Assembly (NCBI GenBank): GCA_965199495.1
Contig: CBDASK010000003.1
Coordinates: 4,608,001 to 4,672,000 of the forward strand
Reading direction: 5' to 3'
DNA length: 64,000 bases
Origin: Abditibacterium sp.
Lineage (GTDB): Bacteria; Armatimonadota; Abditibacteriia; Abditibacteriales; Abditibacteriaceae
The position numbers were made by a program, and so were the translations under genes. Below the pieces are notes generated by a model, which searched no databases, was not told where the DNA came from, and was given only the letters and a program-made list of their open reading frames with translations. This document shows, piece by piece, positions 1-9,672 of this stretch (position 1 is the first letter of the stretch; each line of letters starts with the position of its first letter).

Positions 1-378
1 TTGCGCGTCTCGTCGTACTTCATGAACCTGTGGATTGACGGCAGGCGGCAATACCAAAGCATGGCTTCGATGCAAAGCCCGGCGAGCGTCATTTACGCTA
101 GCGAAAGCACGGACAATTTAACGCGCGACAACTTTTTTCCGGTCTATTGGAACTCCGCCGATCCGCTCAACACGCCGGGCGCGATGACGACGTTCATGCA
201 AAACATGACTTTTGACAACACCAAAAACATCACCAAAGAACTGGCGCTCAACAGGCACGGCGAAGGCATGAACAACCTTTACGCCGACGGCCACGCCAAG
301 TTTGGGCGCTGGTCGCAACTCTGGTTTCAAGACTCGGCGCGCGGCGTCTACGAAGGCGCCTTTGACCCGCGCCAGTAA
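1..378 (+). CDS. C-terminal part of a DUF1559-type (prepilin-like, H-X9-DG motif) protein, truncated by the window edge
   Basis: RHGEGMNNLYADGHAK matches the H-X9-DG motif; frame is open from position 1. Confidence 0.8.
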   Translation: MRVSSYFMNLWIDGRRQYQSMASMQSPASVIYASESTDNLTRDNFFPVYWNSADPLNTPGAMTTFMQNMTFDNTKNITKELALNRHGEGMNNLYADGHAKFGRWSQLWFQDSARGVYEGAFDPRQ

Positions 379-423
379 TCACATCAAATCGCGGCGACTT
401 CATGTCGTCGCGCCAATTTTCCC

Positions 424-1332
424 ATGAAAAACCTTCTTTTCGCCAGCCTTTTGCTGGCTGCTTCTGCAACGGTGACGTTCGCCCAAACCACCAAACCCGC
501 CATGACAATGCCCGCCAAAGCCGACAAGACGCGCAACGTCGCGTTTCTGATTTACGATGGCGTCGAATCGCTCGATTTGGGCGGGCCGCTCGATGTGTTC
601 GTCAAGGCCAACGAAATCACTGGCGGTGGCTATAACGTCTACACGGTCGGTCTCACGCATGACATGGTGCAAGCGCAATCGCAGACTTTCGGCATCACGC
701 CCAAGTTTTCGATGGACGACGCGCCCAAACCCGACATCATCATCGTGCCCGGCGCCGCGAGCGAGCGGACAATCGAAGTCGGCCAAAACCCGCGCGTGCA
801 GAACTGGCTCAAAGCCAACGCGTCGCCCGCGCAAACCGTGATGTCAGTTTGCACGGGCGCCTTCGTCGTGGGCGCCGCCGGATTGTTCGATGGTAAAGAG
901 GCCACGACGCACTATCTGTTGCAGCCGCAATTTGCCACGCAATTTCCGCTCGCTAAAACTTACGGTGGCGTGCGTTACGTTGACGCGGGCAACGTTCATT
1001 CGGCGGCGGGCGTGTCGTCGGGCATTGACGGAGCGCTGCATTTGGTCGAACAGTTCAGCGGCAAAGCCGCCGCCGACCGCGTGGCGCGCGTGCTGCAATA
1101 TCGCCGCGACACGCCGGTTTTTCCCGCCGCCGTCAAAGCGCGCGTGCAAGGCGCCTCCGCTAACGCCAAGCCGTTGGCGCTGAATAACACCGACCCAGTT
1201 TGCGGCATGAAAGTCAGCCCCAACACGCCCAACACTTTTGTCTATAACGGGAAAACCTACGGCTTTTGCTCACCAGAATGTTGCGACGAATTCAAAGCCG
1301 ATCCCGCCAAATATCTGGCGAAAAGCAAATAG
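424..1332 (+). CDS. Secreted DJ-1/PfpI family protein with C-terminal YHS domain
   Basis: Signal peptide; VAFLIYDGVESLD, PDIIIVPG, SVCTGA and SAAGVSSGID are DJ-1 motifs; DPVCGMKV...YNGKTYGFCSPECCDEF is a YHS motif. Confidence 0.88.
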   Translation: MKNLLFASLLLAASATVTFAQTTKPAMTMPAKADKTRNVAFLIYDGVESLDLGGPLDVFVKANEITGGGYNVYTVGLTHDMVQAQSQTFGITPKFSMDDAPKPDIIIVPGAASERTIEVGQNPRVQNWLKANASPAQTVMSVCTGAFVVGAAGLFDGKEATTHYLLQPQFATQFPLAKTYGGVRYVDAGNVHSAAGVSSGIDGALHLVEQFSGKAAADRVARVLQYRRDTPVFPAAVKARVQGASANAKPLALNNTDPVCGMKVSPNTPNTFVYNGKTYGFCSPECCDEFKADPAKYLAKSK

Positions 1333-1366
1333 CAACTTTAATTGTTTCAACAAAACATTTCAAACC

Positions 1367-1831
1367 ATGAAAATCACTTCTCTTTTTCTCGCCCTCTTTG
1401 CCGTGGCTCTGACGGGCTGCGGCTCGAAAACAGCCGAAACGCCAAGCGCGCCCGAAACCGTCGAGAATACGGTCGCGCCCGCCGATTCTGTGGCAGCAAC
1501 GCCCGCCATGAAACCGATGACTAAAATGGCTCCAACGGTTCAACTAACACCAAACAACGCGAACCCCGACACCACCAAATATCGCGTGCGCGGGCAAGTC
1601 GTCGGAACCGAAAAATCCATCGGCGATGGGCGCATGACTCTCAACGTCAAGCACGAAAACATTGTCGGCTTTATGCCCGCGATGGAAATGCGCATGCCCT
1701 TCGCTAACGCCGCCGATGCCCAAAAAGTCAAAGCGGGCGACAAAATCGCCTTCGATTTGAAACGAAATAATCTCGAAGTCTCGAACTTTCAAGTGCTGCC
1801 GCCTTCGACGCCATTGAAACTGGGCAAATAA
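1367..1831 (+). CDS. Lipoprotein with CusF-like copper-binding OB domain
   Basis: Lipobox LTGC; VKHENIVGFMPAMEMRM gives the H..M.M copper motif; VKAGDKIAF. Confidence 0.8.
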   Translation: MKITSLFLALFAVALTGCGSKTAETPSAPETVENTVAPADSVAATPAMKPMTKMAPTVQLTPNNANPDTTKYRVRGQVVGTEKSIGDGRMTLNVKHENIVGFMPAMEMRMPFANAADAQKVKAGDKIAFDLKRNNLEVSNFQVLPPSTPLKLGK

Positions 1832-1869
1832 AACAAAAGCCGCGTTCAAAACGAACGTGGCTTTTGTTT
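1832..1869. terminator. Probable bidirectional intrinsic terminator
   Basis: AAACAAAAGCCGCGTTC-aaaac-GAACGTGGCTTTTGTTT hairpin between convergent genes. Confidence 0.75.
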
Positions 1870-2514
1870 TCAAACCAAGTTTGGCTTCGACTCGGCGAAC
1901 CAACACCGCATGAAATATAAACCCAAAACCGCGCCAAATACCAAGTGCGCGGCGAGCGTAATCGGGACGAACAGTTTCATCGGCATGTGCAAGCCGAGAT
2001 AAACGTAATAGGGCGACAACAGCAGAAATATCTCGACGCCCGTCGCCCACGCGATGCAAACCCAAAATCGCGTCATCGGCCTGGCTCCCAGGGGAATCAT
2101 CGCCAGCGCCATGATGCCCAGCGCCATGCCGTTTTGGAAATGATAAGCCCAACCCACGATTTGCACCGGCAACGAATGGTCGCCCTGAACCAAATGTCCG
2201 TAGAGCAACAACTGGCCGAATTGAGGGAACACATCGAACAACGGTTTGCCCGCCAAAACGAACGGCACGCGAAACACGTCATAAACCACGGCGGCCAACA
2301 ATCCGGCGAGGGCGCCCTGAATCACGATAAAACGCGTTTGCGCGTCGCCGCGCATTCCAAGGTAAATCAGGATGAGCGTGGCGGGCAATAAAACAATCGG
2401 CGTGAAGGTCTTCATGGACCAAAAGCCGTAGAAATGGCCGAGCAACGCCGCAAACGACAGCGAAGCCAACGCCCACAAAACTGGGCGCGATTGAAGAAAA
2501 GAACGGAAATTCAT
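1870..2514 (-). CDS. Hypothetical multi-pass membrane protein
   Basis: About six hydrophobic segments; no family recognised. Confidence 0.7.
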   Translation of the reverse strand: MNFRSFLQSRPVLWALASLSFAALLGHFYGFWSMKTFTPIVLLPATLILIYLGMRGDAQTRFIVIQGALAGLLAAVVYDVFRVPFVLAGKPLFDVFPQFGQLLLYGHLVQGDHSLPVQIVGWAYHFQNGMALGIMALAMIPLGARPMTRFWVCIAWATGVEIFLLLSPYYVYLGLHMPMKLFVPITLAAHLVFGAVLGLYFMRCWFAESKPNLV

Positions 2515-2584
2515 GGCGGCGCACAAGTTTAATGGCTCAGATTCAAAACGCGAATACGAATCTCCTTACTTTTCAATTTCGGCT

Positions 2585-3568
2585 CTATTCATCGCGCTTT
2601 TCCAAATCTACTCGCCCGGCGTGGCTGCTGTTATCAGCCACGCCATCCAAACGTGCGCCACTGAGATATTCCGCCATCAATTTATTGCCGTCGCCATTGG
2701 GGTCGCGGCGCGCCAGACCGAAATCGAACGTGCGAATCGGGAACGGAATCGTGATGCCCGCCGCATCCAAAGCGGGTTTGGCCTGACGCAAAACTTCGCC
2801 CCGACTGTAAATCACGTCTTTTTGATAGGGCGAACTGATCCACCAAAACATTTGAATATCAATCGAACTATCGTTAAAATTGACCACGAACGCGTCTGGT
2901 TCGGGCGTATCCAAAACGCTGGGCGCGTGGCGCATCACTTCTTCCAACACGCCGATGGCTTTTTCGATATCGTCGTCATACGAAATGCCAATGACGTGTT
3001 CCAAACGGCGCGTCTCGAACGCGGTATTGACCGTGACCAAACCAGTAAATAAATCGGAGTTGGGCACGACGACGCGGCGCCCGTCATAGGTGCGAATCAG
3101 CGTGGCGCGCGTTTGAATATCTTCGACGGTGCCTTCCAAATCCTTGGTCGCGATTTGGTCGCCGATGCGAAACGGTTGATTCAAAAGTAATAAAATTCCG
3201 GCCAGAAAGTTTTGCAGAATATCGCGAAAAGCAAAGCCAATCGCGACCGAGCCGACGCCCAAAATCGAGAAGAGTTGTCCGACGGTAAAGCCGGGAATCG
3301 CGATAACTGAAGCGACTAAAGCGCCGGTTAGAATCGCAAAGCCCTGCCCCAATCTGCCGATGACCAAGCCGACATTGGAATGGCGCCCGGCGCGATGCGA
3401 AATGCGTTTGGCGAGGCGCCGCGTCATGCGCCCGACGAAGTAAAACAGGAAGAAAACGAAAACTCCCAACACGATGTAGGGCGCGCGGTCAATAATGCCA
3501 AACAGCAAATTATTGATCGAGATTTGGGCTTTTTCAATGGCTTCTTGCATAAAAAGAGGTGGGCGCAT
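2585..3568 (-). CDS. mscS: Small-conductance mechanosensitive channel
   Basis: GVGSVAIGFAFRDILQNFLAG, PFRIGDQI, GTVEDIQTRAT, VVVPNS. Confidence 0.92.
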   Translation of the reverse strand: MRPPLFMQEAIEKAQISINNLLFGIIDRAPYIVLGVFVFFLFYFVGRMTRRLAKRISHRAGRHSNVGLVIGRLGQGFAILTGALVASVIAIPGFTVGQLFSILGVGSVAIGFAFRDILQNFLAGILLLLNQPFRIGDQIATKDLEGTVEDIQTRATLIRTYDGRRVVVPNSDLFTGLVTVNTAFETRRLEHVIGISYDDDIEKAIGVLEEVMRHAPSVLDTPEPDAFVVNFNDSSIDIQMFWWISSPYQKDVIYSRGEVLRQAKPALDAAGITIPFPIRTFDFGLARRDPNGDGNKLMAEYLSGARLDGVADNSSHAGRVDLEKRDE

Positions 3569-3707
3569 CAGTCGGGCGCATCACAAGTATCGCGCGGCAT
3601 GAGCTTACAACAAGCGCACAGCGACGTAAAATACGTCACGAAGTTTTGGAACAGAAAACGGAATACCAACGTCAATCGAGACACTTCTTCGCGGAGAACT
3701 TTCCACC

Positions 3708-4790
3708 ATGAAAATCAAATTTCCCACAGTCGCTCCCTTAATCGTCGTGGTCGGCGGCGCGCTCGCGGGGTGTTTTTGCCCGCCCGCCCACGCATTACCC
3801 GCCGCCAAATGGGATAACCCCGCCGACGACCGCAACGTTTTGAATCCGGGGCTTTCGCTGGCTGATGCCATCATGAACGACAAACGCGCGCCCAACGGCA
3901 TGACGCGCGATCCGCTCACTCAAGGCACCGCCGATTATTTGATGACGGCGTTCGAGTGGGTGTTTCAGTTGCAGATGACGCCCGCCGAGCGCGCCGAATT
4001 CACGCGTCGCTTGAGCGACGATTGGATCAACGGTGCGCATCCGAGCGGCGCGCCCGGAGCTTTCGCCATCGCCGAGTTTCGCGCGCCGATTGACGAGTTC
4101 ATGCCCAAAGACCAAATCACGCCCTGGCACCGCGCTCTGGCGCGCCCCAAACAATTGGCGGCTTTGCAACAACTCGCCGTAACCGATACCCGTAACGGCC
4201 CGTGGCTGCTGAGTCTTTATAACAAATATCATCCCGCGCTCGCGCCGGGCGAGCCGCGTTTGACTAACCTCACGACCAACGCTCTGGCTGAGCAGGTCGT
4301 ATGGATGATTAATCAGGTCATCGGCAAACAGGCCGCCAAAGTCACGCCCGATTTGCAAAAACGCATCGCTGGCGAGATGGTCGCGCTGTGGCCCAAACTC
4401 ACGCCCGCACGCCGCGCCCAGTATCTCAAATCGGAGCCGGACTTTTACTATTTGCGGCAGGACGGTTGGGGTTATCTGACCGAGACCACGCGCGAAGAAT
4501 CGCGCATCCAGTGGGGCGCCGAACTTCAGGATTCGTTTCCCGCTGTCAAGCCGATGTATCTCAAGCGCAAAGCCGCGCTGCAAGCCGCCAAAGCCAAACG
4601 CGCCGCGCAGTGGGCCAAAATGACGCCCGCGCAAAGGCAAATCGTGCTGATGCAAATGCAAAATCAAATGCAGATGAACCAAACTATGATGGCCTCGATG
4701 CAGCGCATGCAAATGGAAAATCACGCGACTAACATGAATATCATCGAAAATATGCGGCCCAACCCGCAGTATTATTATTCGGTGAAGTGA
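3708..4790 (+). CDS. Hypothetical secreted helical protein with Met/Gln-rich tail
   Basis: Signal peptide ending AHA; 360-aa ORF with genome-like codon usage. Confidence 0.7.
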   Translation: MKIKFPTVAPLIVVVGGALAGCFCPPAHALPAAKWDNPADDRNVLNPGLSLADAIMNDKRAPNGMTRDPLTQGTADYLMTAFEWVFQLQMTPAERAEFTRRLSDDWINGAHPSGAPGAFAIAEFRAPIDEFMPKDQITPWHRALARPKQLAALQQLAVTDTRNGPWLLSLYNKYHPALAPGEPRLTNLTTNALAEQVVWMINQVIGKQAAKVTPDLQKRIAGEMVALWPKLTPARRAQYLKSEPDFYYLRQDGWGYLTETTREESRIQWGAELQDSFPAVKPMYLKRKAALQAAKAKRAAQWAKMTPAQRQIVLMQMQNQMQMNQTMMASMQRMQMENHATNMNIIENMRPNPQYYYSVK

Positions 4791-4803
4791 AATTGGCCGA
4801 AAA

Positions 4804-5055
4804 TCAACGGTTTTTGCTCGAATTCTTCCACACCACGACAACAAGCATGGCCGTCACCAGAAATCCCACGAAGGTTCCGAGCAACAGGCCCAAAAGCGCG
4901 TTGCCCGAACCTTCGAGTCCCTGCCCGAAAGTGCCATTGGCGCGGTCGAAATGTTCGCCTACTGTTGAACCCGCGTAACAGCCACCAAACGTGCCCATAC
5001 CCAGCGCAAGCAACGCCAAACCGATGGCCAGCACGTTTTTCCAGATTTGGTTCAT
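4804..5055 (-). CDS. Small membrane protein (two TM segments)
   Basis: MNQIWKNVLAIGLALLAL... plus a second hydrophobic segment. Confidence 0.6.
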   Translation of the reverse strand: MNQIWKNVLAIGLALLALGMGTFGGCYAGSTVGEHFDRANGTFGQGLEGSGNALLGLLLGTFVGFLVTAMLVVVVWKNSSKNR

Positions 5056-5074
5056 AGCGTTTCTCTCGTAAACA

Positions 5075-5111
5075 AAACGCGGCCCGCTCCAAAAAGAGCG
5101 GGCCGCGTTTT
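5075..5111 (-). terminator. Intrinsic terminator after argG
   Basis: AAAACGCGGCCCGCTC-loop-GAGCGGGCCGCGTTTT. Confidence 0.8.
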
Positions 5112-5114
5112 TGA

Positions 5115-6350
5115 TTATTTCATGCCATCTGTCAAAATCGGCAAATCGGTCGCGCCGCCCGAAAGTTGATATTTGGTCTGCGTTTGCAGTGGCAAACCCC
5201 ACAACTTGATAAAGCCCATCGCGGCTTCCTGATCGAAGTTGTCGCCTTCGTCGTAAGTCGCCAAATCGTGACGATACAACGATTTCGGCGACTGGCGGCC
5301 AACGACCATCGAACTGCCTTTATACAATTTCAACTTCACGCTGCCGACGACGTGGCGCTGCGACGATTGCACGAACGCGCGCAAATCCTGATGTAAGGCC
5401 GAAAACCACAGGCCGTTGTAAATCATCTCGGAAATCTGCGCCGAAACCATTTGTTTGAAACGCGCCTGATCGCGCGACAGGCACATATCTTCCAATTCCT
5501 GATGCGCTTGCAACAGCAGAATCGCGGCGGGCGCTTCGTAAATTTCGCGTGATTTGATGCCGACCAAACGGTTTTCGACGTGATCAATGCGGCCAACGCC
5601 GTGTTCGCCACCGATTTGATTCAGGCGATTAACGAGCTGCACGCTATCCATCGTTTCGCCATCGAGAGAAATCGGAATGCCGTTCTCGAAACCGATTTCG
5701 ACGACTTCGGCTTTGTCGGGCGCGTCTTCGGGATGCTTCGTCCACAACCAGACATCGCGGGGCGGTTCGACATACGGGTCTTCCAAAATGCCCGCTTCAA
5801 TCGAGCGGCCCCACATATTCACGTCGGTCGAATACGGACTATTAACCGTGGCGGGAATCGGGATATTATTGACGCGCGCGTATTCGATTTCGGCGGGACG
5901 CGACAGTTTCCATTCGCGAACCGGCGCAATGATTTGCAATTCCGGGTCGAGCGCCGTGACCGAAACATCCAAGCGCACCTGATCGTTGCCTTTGCCGGTG
6001 CAACCGTGCGCCACGGCTTTGGCGCCGACTTCATGAGCCACGTCCACCAACAACTTCGCGATTAAAGGGCGCCCAATGGCGGTCGCGAGCGGATAAACCT
6101 TTTCATACATCGCGCCCGCTTGGAGGGCGGGAAAGGCGAAATACTGCAAGAACAAATCGCGCGCGTCAATGACTTTCGCGTCAATGGCGCCGACATCCAA
6201 AGCGCGTTGGCGAATGGCGGGCAAGTCGGGTTCGGAACCGAGATCAATCGTCAGGGCGACGACATCGTAATCGTAATTTTCCTGAATCCACTTGATGGCG
6301 ACCGAAGTATCGAGGCCGCCCGAATAGGCGAGAACAACTTTATCTTTCAT
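5115..6350 (-). CDS. argG: Argininosuccinate synthase
   Basis: LAYSGGLDTS, AHGCTGKGNDQVR, ENRLVGIKSREIYEAP. Confidence 0.98.
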   Translation of the reverse strand: MKDKVVLAYSGGLDTSVAIKWIQENYDYDVVALTIDLGSEPDLPAIRQRALDVGAIDAKVIDARDLFLQYFAFPALQAGAMYEKVYPLATAIGRPLIAKLLVDVAHEVGAKAVAHGCTGKGNDQVRLDVSVTALDPELQIIAPVREWKLSRPAEIEYARVNNIPIPATVNSPYSTDVNMWGRSIEAGILEDPYVEPPRDVWLWTKHPEDAPDKAEVVEIGFENGIPISLDGETMDSVQLVNRLNQIGGEHGVGRIDHVENRLVGIKSREIYEAPAAILLLQAHQELEDMCLSRDQARFKQMVSAQISEMIYNGLWFSALHQDLRAFVQSSQRHVVGSVKLKLYKGSSMVVGRQSPKSLYRHDLATYDEGDNFDQEAAMGFIKLWGLPLQTQTKYQLSGGATDLPILTDGMK

Positions 6351-6374
6351 GTTTTTATTGAGGGAAAGCGAGTT

Positions 6375-6587
6375 TTAAAGGTCGCGATTTTTCTGTTTAT
6401 CCGCTTCTTGTTGCGCGGAGATTTCTTCGAGACGCACGCGATGGCGACGCATCTCTTCGTCATTGCGCGTGAGTTGCTTGTGCATATCGGCCAAACGTTG
6501 CTGCGTCTGAGTGAGGCGCGCGACCAAAGCCATCATCACGCCGACGGCGAAAAAGAGGATGACAAAAATCAAAATGACTTTGAACAT
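6375..6587 (-). CDS. Small membrane-anchored coiled-coil protein
   Basis: N-terminal TM helix followed by a charged helix; lies between argF and argG in the same orientation. Confidence 0.55.
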   Translation of the reverse strand: MFKVILIFVILFFAVGVMMALVARLTQTQQRLADMHKQLTRNDEEMRRHRVRLEEISAQQEADKQKNRDL

Positions 6588-6600
6588 GGCGAACAGTTAA

Positions 6601-6740
6601 ACCGATTTTATCTCGCGCAGAGACGCGGAGGTGCAGAGAGGGAAGAGAAATTAAAAAATAATCGCTTAAATTGTGCTTCAAAGTTTGATTTTGCTTTGTT
6701 TTCTCTGCGTCTTTGCGTCTCTGCGCGAGATAAAATCGGT
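6601..6740. repeat. Palindromic REP-like element (CGCAGAGACGC type)
   Basis: Perfect 26-bp inverted repeat ACCGATTTTATCTCGCGCAGAGACGC ... GCGTCTCTGCGCGAGATAAAATCGGT with imperfect inward extension. Confidence 0.85.
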
Positions 6741-7651
6741 CAATGAACCATCAAATTGAGCAACACCGCTTTTTGCGCGTGCAACCGGTTTTCGGCCTGT
6801 TGAAAAACGCGCGATTGCGCGCCCTCGAAAACGTCTTCGGTGATTTCTTCGCCGCGATGCGCGGGCAAACAATGCAGCAAAATCGCGCTGTCGTTGGCGG
6901 CATTCATCAATTTCGCGTTGATCTGATAAGGTGGAAAAACCTTCAATCGTTTGACGCTCTCGTCTTCTTGTCCCATCGAAGTCCATACATCGGTATAAAC
7001 CGCGTCGGCGCCTTTCACCGCCTCGAATGGATCGGTCGTAATTTCGACGTTGCCCATCGTTTGCGATTGCTTAACGATTTGCGCGTCGGGTTCGTAGCCC
7101 GGCGGCGTGGCTGCACTGAAGTCAACGCCAACTTTGGCGCACAGCAGCATCAAACTATGACAAACGTTGTTGCCGTCGCCGATGTAAGCGATTTTGCGGC
7201 CTTCCAATCCTTTGTCTTCTTCCATCAAAGTCAGCAAATCGGCCAGCGCCTGACACGGATGTTCGATGTCGCACAACGCATTAATCACGGGAACATCGCT
7301 CCATTTGGCGAGTTCGACCAGCGTTTGATTTTGAAAAACGCGCGCCATAATCGCCTGCGTCATGCCGCTCAACACGCGAGCCACGTCGGCGATAGATTCG
7401 CGCGTGCCCAGACCAATATCGTTGGGCGCCAGATAAATCGCGCCGCCGCCGCACTGGCGCATCGCGGCGTCGAACGAAACGCGCGTGCGAAGCGAGGGCT
7501 TCTCGAAAATCATCGCGAGCGTCTGGCCCGGCAGATATTTGAGTTGCAATGCCGGATTCGCGCGATATTCGATTTTCAAACGCTGCGCCTCGTTCAAAAG
7601 TGCGAGCGCATCGTCGCGCGAAAGGTCGTTGATGGAGAGAAAATTTTTCAT
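6740..7651 (-). CDS. argF: Ornithine carbamoyltransferase
   Basis: FEKPSLRTRVSF, HPCQ, YTDVWTSMG, HCLPAHRG, QAENRLH. Confidence 0.97.
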   Translation of the reverse strand: MKNFLSINDLSRDDALALLNEAQRLKIEYRANPALQLKYLPGQTLAMIFEKPSLRTRVSFDAAMRQCGGGAIYLAPNDIGLGTRESIADVARVLSGMTQAIMARVFQNQTLVELAKWSDVPVINALCDIEHPCQALADLLTLMEEDKGLEGRKIAYIGDGNNVCHSLMLLCAKVGVDFSAATPPGYEPDAQIVKQSQTMGNVEITTDPFEAVKGADAVYTDVWTSMGQEDESVKRLKVFPPYQINAKLMNAANDSAILLHCLPAHRGEEITEDVFEGAQSRVFQQAENRLHAQKAVLLNLMVH

Positions 7652-8226
7652 ACATTCCACGGAAGCTCGGAGCCAAACAAGACAGCCCAGGTCACGATTC
7701 CAATTACGCCATCGACTTTGGGCAGACTGGAATCGCGCATCGAACTCGATTCTCGCTGATTGGCGCGCACCGCGCGTTCAGTTTCAAATCCGAAGATGCC
7801 GTCCACCTTGAGATCGGCGAACATCGGCTCGGCCACATGATTTGTTGTCTCGCGAAGAAAAATTTGAGCCGCTCGCACGGCATCGCCTCGGTCGCCACGC
7901 TTGACAACGCGCACCAGTTTAGGAAAAGTTCGTGACCCAACGACGCCATCAGCTTTCAAACCTTTGCTGCGCTGGAAATCTTTCACCGCCGCCACCGTTT
8001 GCGCACCGAAAACCCCATCGGGTTGCGATTTATAAAATCCTCGCGAGCGCAGCAGAAATTGAATTGCTTTCACTTCGGGCACATTTTTTTTGCTCGAAGT
8101 CTGCTTAAAAGTCGGCCACTGAATTTTGCTCTGGAAACTGGCGGGCGCGGCAACAACGCGCGGAGTTACAAAAGGCGCGGCGAGAAACGCCGTGGTCACT
8201 ACGAAAAAGAGCGCGAATTTTTTCAT
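7648..8226 (-). CDS. Secreted protein with two peptidoglycan-binding (PG_binding_1) domains
   Basis: Signal peptide; DGVFGAQTVAAVKDFQRSKGLKADGVVG and DGIFGFETERAV. Confidence 0.88.
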   Translation of the reverse strand: MKKFALFFVVTTAFLAAPFVTPRVVAAPASFQSKIQWPTFKQTSSKKNVPEVKAIQFLLRSRGFYKSQPDGVFGAQTVAAVKDFQRSKGLKADGVVGSRTFPKLVRVVKRGDRGDAVRAAQIFLRETTNHVAEPMFADLKVDGIFGFETERAVRANQRESSSMRDSSLPKVDGVIGIVTWAVLFGSELPWNV

Positions 8227-8301
8227 TAGGATTTGATAAGGAGCGATTTGAGAACCAAGAGAGACGTTCCTACTTTGTTAAACGTCGCTTTAAACTCGCC
8301 G

Positions 8302-9387
8302 ATGAAATCGCTAATCTATCTCTCATTGATGTTCGCTCTCACAATTCCCGCGCACGCCGCCGATAAACCAGCCGCGAAAAATCCAATCGTGATGGGTTAT
8401 TATCCGTCCTACGATGGAGCAATAAAACCCGCCGAAATCCATCCGAATCGCTTCACCGATATTATTTATTCGTTTGCCACCGCCGACGCGGGCGGCGATT
8501 TCAACCCGGCAAGTTGCGCGCGTTTCCCCGATTTCGTGAAAACGATTCACGCGCAGAATTTGCGCGCGATTTTGGCTTTGAGCGGTGGCGGCAATGGCGC
8601 CGATTTCGCGAAGATGGTGCGCGACGACCAAAAACGCGCGGCGTTTATCGCGGCTATCGCGCAGTTGGTCAAACAAACGGGCGCCGACGGCGTGGCTGTT
8701 GATTGGGAAGGGCCGGAACCCGATGATAAAGCGGTCACGACGCAATTCGTGCGCGAACTGCGCGACGCGATGAAAGCGGCCAACCCCGACGCCAAACTGA
8801 TTTTGGTCGTGGGTTCGGGCGCGTGGAGCGGGCGTGGCTACGACGGCGCGGCGCTACGCGATTGGGTGGATTATCTGCAAATTATGACCTACGATTTTCA
8901 CGGCGTGTGGAATCACGCCGGACACCATACCAACTTGTTCGCTGACACCAGCCACGCCGACGACGAAGATTTCGGTTATCCCGGCTCGTTACAATACTGG
9001 CGCGATGTGCAGAATTTTCCCGCCGGCAAAATACTGATGGGCATCGCCGGTTATGGTCGCGGATTTAAGGCGCCCGATTGGGGCGACAAGACGACGGGCG
9101 AAAGTCAATATCCCGAAATTTCTTACTTGGATATTTTGGGTCTCATCGGCCACGGCTGGACGCGGCAATGGGACGCCAAAGCGCACGCGCCGTGGCTGCT
9201 GAGTGACGACAAATCCGAGCGCATTTCGTATGACGATGTGCAATCGGTCGCTGACAAAGCGGTTTGGATGAAGCAGCAGAAATTGGCGGGCTTTTTCATC
9301 TGGGAACTCACCCAGGAAGAGGTCGGCGGCGATAATGTTTTGACGGCGGCGGCTTTGCAAAGCTGGAAGAATGCGCCGATTCAGTAA
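8302..9387 (+). CDS. Secreted glycoside hydrolase family 18 (chitinase-like)
   Basis: DGVAVDWE catalytic motif, IMTYDFHG, ISYDD, FFIWEL; signal peptide. Confidence 0.9.
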   Translation: MKSLIYLSLMFALTIPAHAADKPAAKNPIVMGYYPSYDGAIKPAEIHPNRFTDIIYSFATADAGGDFNPASCARFPDFVKTIHAQNLRAILALSGGGNGADFAKMVRDDQKRAAFIAAIAQLVKQTGADGVAVDWEGPEPDDKAVTTQFVRELRDAMKAANPDAKLILVVGSGAWSGRGYDGAALRDWVDYLQIMTYDFHGVWNHAGHHTNLFADTSHADDEDFGYPGSLQYWRDVQNFPAGKILMGIAGYGRGFKAPDWGDKTTGESQYPEISYLDILGLIGHGWTRQWDAKAHAPWLLSDDKSERISYDDVQSVADKAVWMKQQKLAGFFIWELTQEEVGGDNVLTAAALQSWKNAPIQ

Positions 9388-9437
9388 CGTCAAATGAAGA
9401 GATTTCCCCGTCCGTATTGTCATTCCAATCTGCCCGC

Positions 9438-9591
9438 GTTGTCATTTCGAGAGCAAGGAGCTTGCGACTGGAACCGAGGAATCTGTTGACCCCGCGTCAG
9501 CGGAACTATGAATCAGCTTTAACTTTCGCTGCCGCGAGGCCAACAGATTCCTCGGTTCCAGTCGCAAGCTCCTTGCTCTCGAAATGACAAC
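9438..9591. repeat. Long palindromic element, TGTCATT family, copy 1
   Basis: Perfect 51-bp inverted arms at 9438-9488 and 9541-9591. Confidence 0.9.
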
Positions 9592-9672
9592 TCTGGCCGT
9601 GAAATTAAACCCCATGAATTCCACACAATTCGCGGTTGTCCTAACGGAGCGTTAAACTGGCAAGCGAAATTT

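Noticed and set aside
9442..9624. Short ORFs over palindromic elements (also 21389-21787, 39477-39851, 23107-23388)
   Set aside because: Translations of non-coding repeats, giving mirrored peptides such as CHFERSREI
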